The notes beneath the pieces are model-generated. The model saw only the letters and a list, made by a program, of their open reading frames with translations, ran no database searches and was not told the origin of the DNA. From a virus (Duplodnaviria; Caudoviricetes), in IMG/VR virus record IMGVR_UViG_3300024279_000010, positions 1 through 50,908 of that record: 50,908 nt of DNA; one strand, written 5' to 3'. Shown here piece by piece: positions 18,611-27,258 of this stretch (position 1 is the first letter of the stretch; each line of letters opens with the position of its first letter). Both the position numbers and the translations under genes were made by a program.

Positions 18611-18979
18611 CTAATCCTTGTCAGATGCGGTTTTGACTCCGAACTCAGTTGAGCGCGCCGGCTCCAAGCCTGTTCGTTCTGTTTCACGCTCGCGATAGAC
18701 CTTCTCTACAGCATCCTCCGTTTTCGCTTCGAAGATTGCCCCAGACGCGAAAGGCTGAAACGGCCGTTCGGGATGGTTATTCCCAAGCTTCCACTTCGCC
18801 CAAAACTCAGCATCAACCGGCGTGGTGATATAGGGAACTTGGATCGGTTGCCCGTTCGTTCCCCGCTGAGCTGAGTTCAATCCGCGAATCGTCACGGTTT
18901 TTGCCGCGTTGAGAGGATCTTTCAAAACGATACTTATTGGGAGTCTGGAGCCAATGATTACTGTTTTGCCTTCCGCCAT
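18611..18979 (-). CDS. Conserved head-associated hypothetical protein
   Basis: 122 aa after the capsid gene; TPVDAEFWAKW...GAIF...TGLEP. Confidence 0.7.
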   Translation of the reverse strand: MAEGKTVIIGSRLPISIVLKDPLNAAKTVTIRGLNSAQRGTNGQPIQVPYITTPVDAEFWAKWKLGNNHPERPFQPFASGAIFEAKTEDAVEKVYRERETERTGLEPARSTEFGVKTASDKD

Positions 18980-19002
18980 TATTTTCGCCTTCCTTCTCCA
19001 TG

Positions 19003-19028
19003 AAATAAGGGGAGCCCGAAAGCTCCCC
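19003..19028 (-). terminator. Intrinsic terminator after the major capsid gene
   Basis: GGGGAGC-TTTCGG-GCTCCCC followed by TTATTT. Confidence 0.8.
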
Positions 19029-19056
19029 GATTCCGTTCGCCTTCTGAACTACTGTA

Positions 19057-20103
19057 CTACACACCAATCATGGACGTAATGAAGATCGGCCGGAAGATCA
19101 CCGTTCCCCATGTCCCCTGAGATTTCTTCTGTTTGAAGCTTGAAAGATCGATCTTCATTGGATGTGCGCGAAGCTTCTCAGTGAATGCGGTTGTTGCTGT
19201 CCGCTGTCCCTCAACTTCATCAGCGATCAACTGAACCAGTTCGCCCGCGGCCGTCGAATATTCCGGAGCTGTCTTCACAGTCAGATTCGGATAATTCTTC
19301 TTCAGAAGATCGGCAACGTTCACTTTGAATTCATTGGTGAACGTCATTGCAACTTCGCTGAGCGGGCTCATCGCAAGCGTGAACTTCTGATCAAGGGTAA
19401 TCAAACCCTTTGCCTGTTTCTGAGCGTTGTAATACATCGCTTGGATATCAGCGAGCACTTCAAGAGCGGTTGCGTTGGGAACCCCTTGAGAAGTGATCCA
19501 AGCCGTTCCGCCCGCGGCTTTTATTGCCGGCGTGAGCGCTGGGAGAAGATTCGGATCGTTGAGCAACCCGTAATTCTGAAGACCAGCCACACCAAAGAAA
19601 TAGCTCGCGTTCTGGAACTTGTTGAGCGTGAGGATGCTCGCCTTGTTCACCTGTGAAGCCCAATCGACCTTGCCCAAGCCGGCCATTTCAAGCTCAAGTT
19701 CGCCCCATTGGGTGATCACTTGATAATGGTAGCTTTGCCGCTCCGGATAGTTGGTATTCACACCGGCGCGGCCGTTCTCGTTGTAATCGCCGTAAGAGCT
19801 GGTTTCGCCCGTCGCTTCAACGGTGATAAACGTGGTGGTTTTCGTTGTCCAATCGCCCTTTTTGGTTTCCTGTCCAACGATCTCCGCGGCTTTCATCGGC
19901 GCAACGAGGATTTCAATAATCGCGGGATCAAGGAAGTTCGCCAACCATTGAGGAATGCCGGCGTTGCTCACCGTCACCAGAGCGGGTTGAGCATCCATCG
20001 CGAGAAGGGCTCCGCGTTCGTCAGTCTTCAAGAAATCCATGTTGGGTTGCCCCATGAAATGAACTCCAAGAAGTTTTTGCGCTGCTACTAGATCAGGATG
20101 CAT
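19057..20103 (-). CDS. Major capsid protein (DUF2184-like)
   Basis: 348 aa; AMDAQPALVT, KKGDWT, YGLLNDPNL, GTWGTVIFRP. Confidence 0.9.
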   Translation of the reverse strand: MHPDLVAAQKLLGVHFMGQPNMDFLKTDERGALLAMDAQPALVTVSNAGIPQWLANFLDPAIIEILVAPMKAAEIVGQETKKGDWTTKTTTFITVEATGETSSYGDYNENGRAGVNTNYPERQSYHYQVITQWGELELEMAGLGKVDWASQVNKASILTLNKFQNASYFFGVAGLQNYGLLNDPNLLPALTPAIKAAGGTAWITSQGVPNATALEVLADIQAMYYNAQKQAKGLITLDQKFTLAMSPLSEVAMTFTNEFKVNVADLLKKNYPNLTVKTAPEYSTAAGELVQLIADEVEGQRTATTAFTEKLRAHPMKIDLSSFKQKKSQGTWGTVIFRPIFITSMIGV

Positions 20104-20162
20104 GCTCGATTCCCCGTCTCTTGAATTTTTGAAATTGCGCCGGCCGCGGCCGGGAAAAAACC

Positions 20163-21308
20163 TTACTGCTTATAAGTGGAGATCTTCACCAGTGAACCAA
20201 CCGCCCCATCTCCCTGATTCGTGGGAGCGGCTTTCCAGCCGGAATCGATCCCGCCCAAAGTGGTGAACGCTTCGCTCGCGACGTAAGCCGCGGCCGGAGA
20301 GAACAATGTGTAGATCCCGATTCCGCCGGGGTTGCCGCTCACCTGAGAGGCAATCGTAAGCCCCACAAGCCCGGTTCCCGTGTTGATCGGCATACCCGGG
20401 ACCAGAGTCCCTGAAGCGAGCGCCGTTACGTCGAGAACGCTCCCGAATGTGGTAACTCCGGCCGCGCTTGCGGTGTATGCGGTTCCCGGAGCGCTGATGC
20501 TGTAAACACCAGCTCCGCCGGCTGTTCCGCTGAGCTGTGCCGTGATCGTTGCCCCAACCGGGAAACCAGCTCCGCCGGAGATTGTATCTCCCACGCTGAT
20601 CAGTCCCGTTGTGGCTGTGATCTTGACCACTGTTCCAAAGCTGGTCACGGTTGCCGCGGCTGTGGTGTTCGCCTGATTGAGCTGATAGGTTCCAGCTCCG
20701 CCGGGAGTTCCGCTGAGCTGAGCGGTAATCTGAGTTCCGGCGCTGATGCCTGTTCCGTTGAGGAAATCCCCAACGCTGATCAGACCAGTTACGGCCGTGA
20801 TCACGATTTGCGTGTTGTCCGGGCTCCCAGCGGTTGCTGTGAATGTTGCTCCCAAGCTTCCGGTATTCGTGGAACCATTCGAGCCGGTTGCACTCGCGCC
20901 GGTTGGAGCTGCGCTGTAAATCCCACCATCAGCGAACCCGGCGTAGACCGTGGCATTCTTCGCGAGCGCGCCGGGTCCAAGGTTCTTCGCCCAAAAATCG
21001 CCGGTATTGTGGAGAGTGATCGGGAAACCTTCGGGAACCAGAAGCGTTGCAGCCGCGAGAAACACTGTGATCAGCGCTTGCTGTTCGCGATGAACGAAAC
21101 CATCCGGCGCAACGTTGGCCGTTGCAAAACTATCAACCGTGCGGAAATCCGGGCCAATCCAAGCGAACCTTCCGACCACCACACCAGAGGGACCAGACAC
21201 CAGCCCGCCGGGACCAGTAAGAACGGTTGAGCGCGGGTTTGCGCTTGCAAAATCACCTTCAACCGCCGGCGCTGGAGTTAGATTTACGCGAGTCTGAAAG
21301 TCACTCAT
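20163..21308 (-). CDS. Head decoration/cement protein with an inserted triple repeat
   Basis: FQTRVN...PAVEGDFASANPR...GRFAW...GFVHREQQA...GDFWA; three GxxGxGxY repeats. Confidence 0.78.
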   Translation of the reverse strand: MSDFQTRVNLTPAPAVEGDFASANPRSTVLTGPGGLVSGPSGVVVGRFAWIGPDFRTVDSFATANVAPDGFVHREQQALITVFLAAATLLVPEGFPITLHNTGDFWAKNLGPGALAKNATVYAGFADGGIYSAAPTGASATGSNGSTNTGSLGATFTATAGSPDNTQIVITAVTGLISVGDFLNGTGISAGTQITAQLSGTPGGAGTYQLNQANTTAAATVTSFGTVVKITATTGLISVGDTISGGAGFPVGATITAQLSGTAGGAGVYSISAPGTAYTASAAGVTTFGSVLDVTALASGTLVPGMPINTGTGLVGLTIASQVSGNPGGIGIYTLFSPAAAYVASEAFTTLGGIDSGWKAAPTNQGDGAVGSLVKISTYKQ

Positions 21309-21366
21309 TTTTGATTCACTCTCCGCTTGAATTTGTCACTACACATGCGCGTAAAACCCGCGCGGG

Positions 21367-23265
21367 TTAAGCTTGCCGAACGCGGCCCATGTTCGGGAAC
21401 CGCTTGAATGTGCTCCCTGAATCCATTGCAACGGCCGGAACCGTTCCAACTGAGCGATCTTTTGCGAGATTGAACAGCGCACGGAGCGCGGCCGTTCCCT
21501 GAACGCCGGCGTGATCAACCTTCATCTGATCAAGCGCGAATTCGTAAATCTTCTCCGCGGAGTCCATCGCAACCACATCGCCAACAATCGGCCGAACGTC
21601 GCGTTTCGCCTGATCAGCATCGCGGTACTCAGCCCGGAGAGCATCAAGCTTCGCATCCATTGCCTTCCCAGCTTTCAGCTCTTCTTCGTCCTTCGCTTTC
21701 TTATCCGCGGCTTTCTTCTCTTCTTCTTCTTTCGCGGCCGCATCCTTGCCCATCTTGCAATCGTCCGCGTGTTTGCCGTTCGGCATAGAACACTCGTCGC
21801 ATTCGGGCTTTGCATCCTTGCCCTTTTTCTTGTCCTTCGCCGGCTCCGGCTCAGTGTTATTCTTTTCCTTTGGCTCCGGATCGTCAACATCGGAAAGTGC
21901 GTCCATCACAGCGAAAACTTGCTTTTCGTCAATGCTGGAATCCATCGCGAGGATGAGCTTACTCGCGGATTGACGCTGAGCAGTTCCGAACGTCTTCCGG
22001 GTTGCCGGCGCGAGAGCTTTTTCAAGTTCCGAATCGGCCGCAATCTGAACTTTCGGGAACGCTGTGGTAACAGCGACAATCAGCGCATTTCCAAGCTTCG
22101 AACGAATCATTGGTTTCTTCTCCAGTAATTTTGAATCGGCCGCTCTTACTTCTGAACCAGCTCTTCCATCAGAAACCAAAGCCAAATGGTTCCCATGAAT
22201 CTGAGTCATAATACCATCATAATTTTCGCCCGCGTAATTTCCTGTTGTCATTATTGGTTCGTAAGAATAACCACAGGAAAATTCACATTGCTGTTCAGTT
22301 TCGATCCCGGCGATTGCATCAGCGTCCCAAATGCACACATCAGCATCAAGGAAGGGTTCCAGAAATTCAACATCGGAACCGATAGTTCCAACGATATATT
22401 TCTTCTTTTCCTTTTCGTCCAAAGTGTTGAACGTCGCGATTGGCGTATGTTTTGCGAGAATCGGAAGCCGCGCGAACGTGGGAGCCGCTTTCGCTAATTC
22501 ATCAGGATGCCGGAGCATCATGTAAATCCTGTTTTGATCTAATCCCAGCGCTTTAGAGCGGGGAATTTCGTGGCCGTAATAGGGATTTACGGAAGCTTTG
22601 CTGATGTGGCTTCGCGCGATATGAAGCCGGCCGTCTTTATCAAACGTCCGCATTGTCGCGTCTATTGCGATAGTCGCACGATCCAAAGCGGTCTCCGGCG
22701 GAGTGGGATCGGAATCATGAAGTTCATCAAGCTTCCGTTCTTCAGTCTCCTCCGGAAAATCCACTTTCATACCGGGATATTTATTTAACGCACAACATCC
22801 GTTATTAGCAACGTGACAATTAGCTTGACGGCAAACGTCATCACGGCCAACCGAATCCGGCTCAGCATCAATGCGATATTGGCAACGATGACAACCAAAT
22901 CCGCCTAATTCTGTTTCTCCATAATCCGCAAATTCTTTGGAGAGCTTGTCAGCCCATTTTAGTTCGGGATCGCTCGCGTCTTTGTTCTCCCAATGTCGAC
23001 ATGATCCCTTATTTGCAGAGATTTTTCCGTACACCAGAAGACAACCCCCGCCCTCGATAAACTTGTTGCAATCACGGCAAAGATAATTTCCAGCCGGATC
23101 GAAAGTTCGGGGATCTCCACAATGGATATCAGCATATTGGAAGGTTTTCACCAATCCCATACGCAAATGTTCTTCTTGTAGAGGAGTGACCGGAGAACCT
23201 GTAAATAAACCGTCTTTCCCTTTCGGGAAACTAACAACCGGCCTAATTTGAACAAGTTCAGCCAT
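21367..23265 (-). CDS. DUF2213-type prohead protease/scaffold with Cys-rich N-terminal extension
   Basis: DGRLHI...ISKASVNPYYGHEIP...SCGY...GNHLALVSDGRAG; charged coiled C-terminus. Confidence 0.85.
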   Translation of the reverse strand: MAELVQIRPVVSFPKGKDGLFTGSPVTPLQEEHLRMGLVKTFQYADIHCGDPRTFDPAGNYLCRDCNKFIEGGGCLLVYGKISANKGSCRHWENKDASDPELKWADKLSKEFADYGETELGGFGCHRCQYRIDAEPDSVGRDDVCRQANCHVANNGCCALNKYPGMKVDFPEETEERKLDELHDSDPTPPETALDRATIAIDATMRTFDKDGRLHIARSHISKASVNPYYGHEIPRSKALGLDQNRIYMMLRHPDELAKAAPTFARLPILAKHTPIATFNTLDEKEKKKYIVGTIGSDVEFLEPFLDADVCIWDADAIAGIETEQQCEFSCGYSYEPIMTTGNYAGENYDGIMTQIHGNHLALVSDGRAGSEVRAADSKLLEKKPMIRSKLGNALIVAVTTAFPKVQIAADSELEKALAPATRKTFGTAQRQSASKLILAMDSSIDEKQVFAVMDALSDVDDPEPKEKNNTEPEPAKDKKKGKDAKPECDECSMPNGKHADDCKMGKDAAAKEEEEKKAADKKAKDEEELKAGKAMDAKLDALRAEYRDADQAKRDVRPIVGDVVAMDSAEKIYEFALDQMKVDHAGVQGTAALRALFNLAKDRSVGTVPAVAMDSGSTFKRFPNMGRVRQA

Positions 23266-23298
23266 AAAATCTAAGATTATTAAGATGCTTAAGTTACG

Positions 23299-24102
23299 TC
23301 AAGCGCTTCTTACACCGGGAAGCACACTCCGGGACACACAGCGACAACGGATCTTTTGCCCCGGCTGGATATATTCAAGCTGTCCCGTTCGCTCATCTTT
23401 GATCAGGCAACCCTCGCGGATGTTGTAAACGCGGCCGCTCGCCTTCTGATGTTCCTTACGTGGATGTTTTCCACCACCAGAGTGCATCCAGATTGCCTTT
23501 TGAATTCCCAACTCCAGCCGGCGCGCGTTCTCAACTGTAGAGTTCAATTTATTACTTTGATCTTGTGCGATAAGCTCAGCGGAACCGGCCGCTTTGGGAT
23601 ATAACTTCCGGATCTCTTTTACCATTGTTTCGAGATCCCGGCCGGAAGCATACGCGCGCGTGACGATCCCTTCAGTCTGAGCAAGATAACGTTGAGGAAT
23701 CGATTTGATCAGCGCAACGTTCTCAGCCACAGATGCATTTAGAGCGTCTTTCATCGCACGATCAAGCTTGAACTTGATGCTGATTCCAGCATCCCGGAGA
23801 GCCGATTTCATCGCTGAACTGGTTGCGTAATAGTTCCCCTTGACATAAGCATCAGCGATCCGCGGAGCCGCTTCATCGAATTTCCGTTGCCATTTCTTCG
23901 CGAGCGCGCGGAACTTCGCAAGCATGCGCTGTGATGGAGTGGCATCCATTGCGAGCGCCGGCGGAGACGCGCGGTATTCCGCTCCAATCCAGTACAAAAC
24001 GGAAGCGTCCATTTCATCAATGAGAGCCATCAACGAGCGTCGATACTTCAGCCGTAGACCAACGTTCGGCCGAATCGCGCGAAGCTTTTTTACTGAATCC
24101 AT
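23299..24102 (-). CDS. Head morphogenesis protein (SPP1 gp7/Mu F-like)
   Basis: ENVALIKSIP, IAQDQSNK, WMHS...PRKEH, PGQKIRCRC. Confidence 0.88.
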   Translation of the reverse strand: MDSVKKLRAIRPNVGLRLKYRRSLMALIDEMDASVLYWIGAEYRASPPALAMDATPSQRMLAKFRALAKKWQRKFDEAAPRIADAYVKGNYYATSSAMKSALRDAGISIKFKLDRAMKDALNASVAENVALIKSIPQRYLAQTEGIVTRAYASGRDLETMVKEIRKLYPKAAGSAELIAQDQSNKLNSTVENARRLELGIQKAIWMHSGGGKHPRKEHQKASGRVYNIREGCLIKDERTGQLEYIQPGQKIRCRCVSRSVLPGVRSA

Positions 24103-24923
24103 TGAACGATTACAACCCCCGGCGCGCCATTTCCGCCCGCGGTTGAACTGTTGGAAGAACCACCACCACCACCGGAGCCGAACGCTAATCCGTTCGAACC
24201 GTTGCCCACAGTACCGCCGTAAAAGCCGCGTCCACCACCACCAAAGATACTCGCTCCCCCACTTACGCCGGCTGATGTGGAATTCGAAGTTCCCGTTGAA
24301 CCATCTCCGCCGCTTACGGAATCCGCATCTCCGCCACTTGGAGTACCCCCAGCGCCACCATAATTCGCATTGGGTGAGTTACCCCCAACTCCGCCGGCAC
24401 CAGCCCCACCAGTGACCGTTGAGATCGTCTGAGTACCGCTTGCAATCGATGAATTCGTTCCGTTGCTTCCGCCGGTTCCAGCCGCGCCGGTTCCCCCAGC
24501 GCCAACGGTTACGATGATCGTATTTCCCGCGGTGTATCCGCTTGAAGCGACCTTTGCAGCCGCACCAGCTCCACCACCAGAACCAGACACGCCGGAAGCC
24601 CCTCCGCCCCCAGCTCCGCCGGCTCCCACAATCGTCCATTGGAATACTGTGCTTGAAGTGATCCCAGCCGGAATTGTGAATGTTCCTGTGGTTGTGAAGA
24701 TTTGCTTATGAAGCTGTTGAACCACCAGCGGGCAAGCCGTATCGTAAAACGTCCCATCCGAGCACAGCGCGTTACCGGACGGGCCAACGGTCCCGTTGAC
24801 TGTGTATCCACTCGTTGAATCGACAGAGGAGAAGATACCGGGAACAGCCGCAATTGTGGTTACAACAGCAACGATCATCGCGAGTGTTGCGAGTCCGATT
24901 TTACTTCCGCGATTGAGCTTCAT
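24090..24923 (-). CDS. Glycine-rich fibre/adhesin-like protein with signal peptide (277 aa)
   Basis: Start set at ATG 24923 (GGGGAG RBS, ATGA overlap); MKLNRGSK then hydrophobic stretch; FTTTGTFTIP...GAGGAGGG...GVVIVQW Gly-rich domain. Confidence 0.78.
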   Translation of the reverse strand: MKLNRGSKIGLATLAMIVAVVTTIAAVPGIFSSVDSTSGYTVNGTVGPSGNALCSDGTFYDTACPLVVQQLHKQIFTTTGTFTIPAGITSSTVFQWTIVGAGGAGGGGASGVSGSGGGAGAAAKVASSGYTAGNTIIVTVGAGGTGAAGTGGSNGTNSSIASGTQTISTVTGGAGAGGVGGNSPNANYGGAGGTPSGGDADSVSGGDGSTGTSNSTSAGVSGGASIFGGGGRGFYGGTVGNGSNGLAFGSGGGGGSSNSSTAGGNGAPGVVIVQWIQ

Positions 24924-25075
24924 CGATCTCCCCCAAATAGTGTTTGTCCAAGAGCATTCCCAACAGCGCTCAAAGCTCGCGAGTACCACGGGACACGGAC
25001 CGCGGCGCATGGTCCCTCATGTCCCGCTTCGCGCGTACATCTCCAACCGGCCGGCGGTTTCGTACAAATCATCAT
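24920..25075 (-). CDS. 51-aa Cys/His protein (not in the ORF track)
   Basis: MMICTKPPAGWRCTREAGHEGPCAA...; ATGA overlaps at both ends. Confidence 0.7.
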   Translation of the reverse strand: MMICTKPPAGWRCTREAGHEGPCAAVRVPWYSRALSAVGNALGQTLFGGDR

Positions 25076-26589
25076 GGTAGATCCTCATTTTCGAGTTGTT
25101 GCCCGGACTCATCCGGGTTACCTTCACCTTCATCCGGCGCTTCGGGAAGATCCTCGACGTCAATTCCCTGATAACCACTCTCAGGATTACGCGCGAGCTT
25201 TTCTCTCACTTCCTCTTGGCTCAAAACTTGACGATCAATGTAAGCCGCGTCAACTTCCGCGTCCGCTTTACGGATCTCGCTGAGTTCCTTCGGAGTCATC
25301 TGATAAAGCGGCTGGAATGCAACGATGATATCCGGATCGATCTTCCCGTAACGAAGAAGCTGAACGATATTCAAAACCGTTTCAATTGGCTTCCGGTAAT
25401 AGGCTTCCTGTTCGGCTGAAACTCTATCGTTGCGGGCTCTCATCTCGCCTTCAGCCACGTTGCCGAATCCAGTTGGGGACACTCCCAACAGCTCAACGGC
25501 CGGGATGTGACTTACGGAACACATCTGTTCCTGCGACTGAGCTTGGAGCGCATCCAGACCACTCAACGGAACCGCGAGTTGATTCAGTTCCTCACGTTCT
25601 TTATCGCGAAGGAACAACCCGCGATTACTCCGCGTCTGTGTGAACAGCTCCGCGCGCTTGAAGAGATTTTCGCCGTTATCGCTTCCCTGAAGAACCTGAT
25701 CCATCGCGGTCCCAAGCTCAATGATGGAGAAGTTATTAATGAGATCGGAAACGCTTTGCCGGGTTCGGAGCCAATTGTCAACGTATGGTTCCGCGAGCTG
25801 TGACATGCTAATCCCGCCGAAATTGAAAGCGGGCTTCAGCATGTCCGATACTTCGCGCGTGATGATCGTTAGAAGCCGGCTTGCATGAACTTCAATTCCC
25901 AGCATCCACCATGCTGTAGGCTTATAAAAATCATCAGCCGCGGGATTAATTGCGTTATAGGCTTTGGGAGTTGTCCAAAGCGGCTCAACTGTCTTCACCT
26001 TCAGGTAATTGGTGATTGATTTATGTTCGTTCAGTTCCACTTTCCGAATCGTCTTATTGCTGAGAATCAAGGGAAGAGATAGATCTTGACCAGTGAGATC
26101 GATCAGTATTTGCGCGCGGCCGTAATAGGAATCGTGCTCAGCTCCCTTTGCAATTACTCCCTTCAAATCAAGGTCCGTGAGATCTTGCATCAGCACTTTA
26201 CATTTCTCGCGCGTTTCGTCGCCGGCCGTTTCTGTGGAGTTCAGAACCAACCATTCGCGCGTAAGAGAAATCGCGTTCGCTTGTGCAAAGTTGCGGTATT
26301 CAGCGCGCGTTGAGAGCGCGGCGAGATAGGGATAACCGGGGAATCCAACCCAATCCCCTCCGAAAGCAAACATAGACGAAGCGAATTGAAACGCGGCTTC
26401 CGTGGGACCATCCATCGCAAGAACGGGAGCTTTCGCGCGCGGAGGAACAACTCCCGGCATTAACTCCGGCCGCTTGATCGGATATTTGTATCGCTGATCC
26501 TCCGCCGGCTTCTCTTTTGCTCTTTCAATCGCCGCGGTTCGGATCTGTTTAGGCTCGCTCTTTGCTCTTGTTGTTTGCTTCGTTTTCAT
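25072..26589 (-). CDS. Portal protein (DUF1073-like)
   Basis: 505 aa after terL; FPGYPYLAAL, VHASRLL, FNFGGISMSQL, LLGVSPTGF. Confidence 0.9.
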   Translation of the reverse strand: MKTKQTTRAKSEPKQIRTAAIERAKEKPAEDQRYKYPIKRPELMPGVVPPRAKAPVLAMDGPTEAAFQFASSMFAFGGDWVGFPGYPYLAALSTRAEYRNFAQANAISLTREWLVLNSTETAGDETREKCKVLMQDLTDLDLKGVIAKGAEHDSYYGRAQILIDLTGQDLSLPLILSNKTIRKVELNEHKSITNYLKVKTVEPLWTTPKAYNAINPAADDFYKPTAWWMLGIEVHASRLLTIITREVSDMLKPAFNFGGISMSQLAEPYVDNWLRTRQSVSDLINNFSIIELGTAMDQVLQGSDNGENLFKRAELFTQTRSNRGLFLRDKEREELNQLAVPLSGLDALQAQSQEQMCSVSHIPAVELLGVSPTGFGNVAEGEMRARNDRVSAEQEAYYRKPIETVLNIVQLLRYGKIDPDIIVAFQPLYQMTPKELSEIRKADAEVDAAYIDRQVLSQEEVREKLARNPESGYQGIDVEDLPEAPDEGEGNPDESGQQLENEDLP

Positions 26590-26746
26590 AGAGTGTCCCG
26601 CAATCTTTACAGAACGTTTCGATGGTGTAAAGGATTCCCCAAGTGGTTCGAATTCCCCATTGTGCTCTCAAGATCTCATCTGCCGGCCAAATGTCAGAAC
26701 CGCATTCTTTACAAACATCAACGGTTTGAGCCCTAGTCCATTTCAT
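26549..26746 (-). CDS. Small zinc-ribbon protein
   Basis: CKEC...CKDC; overlaps neighbouring genes. Confidence 0.55.
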   Translation of the reverse strand: MKWTRAQTVDVCKECGSDIWPADEILRAQWGIRTTWGILYTIETFCKDCGTLYENEANNKSKERA

Positions 26747-27032
26747 AGCGCCGGATCGGACCTTGAAACCTATCGAAGCGAGCCCGGATCAATTCCAGCA
26801 TCGCATCAAACGTGACAATCTCCTCAGTAAAATAAGCGTCTCCGTTCCATACAAATAACGCTGTCCATCCGTTTTTGTATTCGAGCAACGCTGTTCCGGA
26901 AGGTGGAGTTGCCCATATCGCGGAGCGCTGGTAAGGGAAGGATGAGGGATGATTATCTCCGGGCCATCCAAGAAAACACAACGGACGTTGTTGGCTGAAC
27001 TCTCCGGTTTCCCACTTGCGAACGTGTCTCAT
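26733..27032 (-). CDS. Hypothetical protein
   Basis: 99 aa, coupled to its neighbours. Confidence 0.6.
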   Translation of the reverse strand: MRHVRKWETGEFSQQRPLCFLGWPGDNHPSSFPYQRSAIWATPPSGTALLEYKNGWTALFVWNGDAYFTEEIVTFDAMLELIRARFDRFQGPIRRYEMD

Positions 27033-27139
27033 GCCTTTGGAACCTGTGGAGTCTGAGCAAATCCAATTTTCTTTGGTTCGATGATTTGCGGTTTGGGATC
27101 AGGTTTCTTTTCCGAACCCCTACGATTCATGATCTCCAT
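27029..27139 (-). CDS. 36-aa hypothetical peptide
   Basis: MEIMNRRGSEKKPDPKPQIIEPKKIGFAQTPQVPKA; ATGA overlap with 27032. Confidence 0.4.
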   Translation of the reverse strand: MEIMNRRGSEKKPDPKPQIIEPKKIGFAQTPQVPKA

Positions 27140-27179
27140 AAAATAACAAGGCTCCCCGCCGGAATAATAGCAGAGAGCC
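27140..27179 (-). terminator. Putative intrinsic terminator after terL
   Basis: GGCTCTCTGC/GCGGGGAGCC stem with G-U pairs, then TTGTTATTTT. Confidence 0.65.
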
Positions 27180-27258
27180 CGTTACGCTCTGACGATTGGC
27201 TCCGCGATCCCTTTCGTCTCCAGAATTGAACGCCGGCTGAAGTGTATCAAGAATGATA

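Noticed and set aside
18813-19067. Frameshifted C-terminal extension of the capsid protein
   Set aside because: No slippery site seen; the frame crosses a terminator and overlaps the next gene
24924-25010. Longer 306-aa start for the Gly-rich protein
   Set aside because: ATG 24923 has an RBS and coupling; the upstream stretch is occupied by the 51-aa gene in another frame
26600-26680. tRNA suggested by GGTTCGAATT T-loop-like sequence
   Set aside because: No acceptor, D or anticodon stems could be built; lies within a CDS
27189-27225. Hammerhead ribozyme suggested by CTGACGA
   Set aside because: No downstream GAAA core on the same strand; only a simple GACGA/TCGTC hairpin
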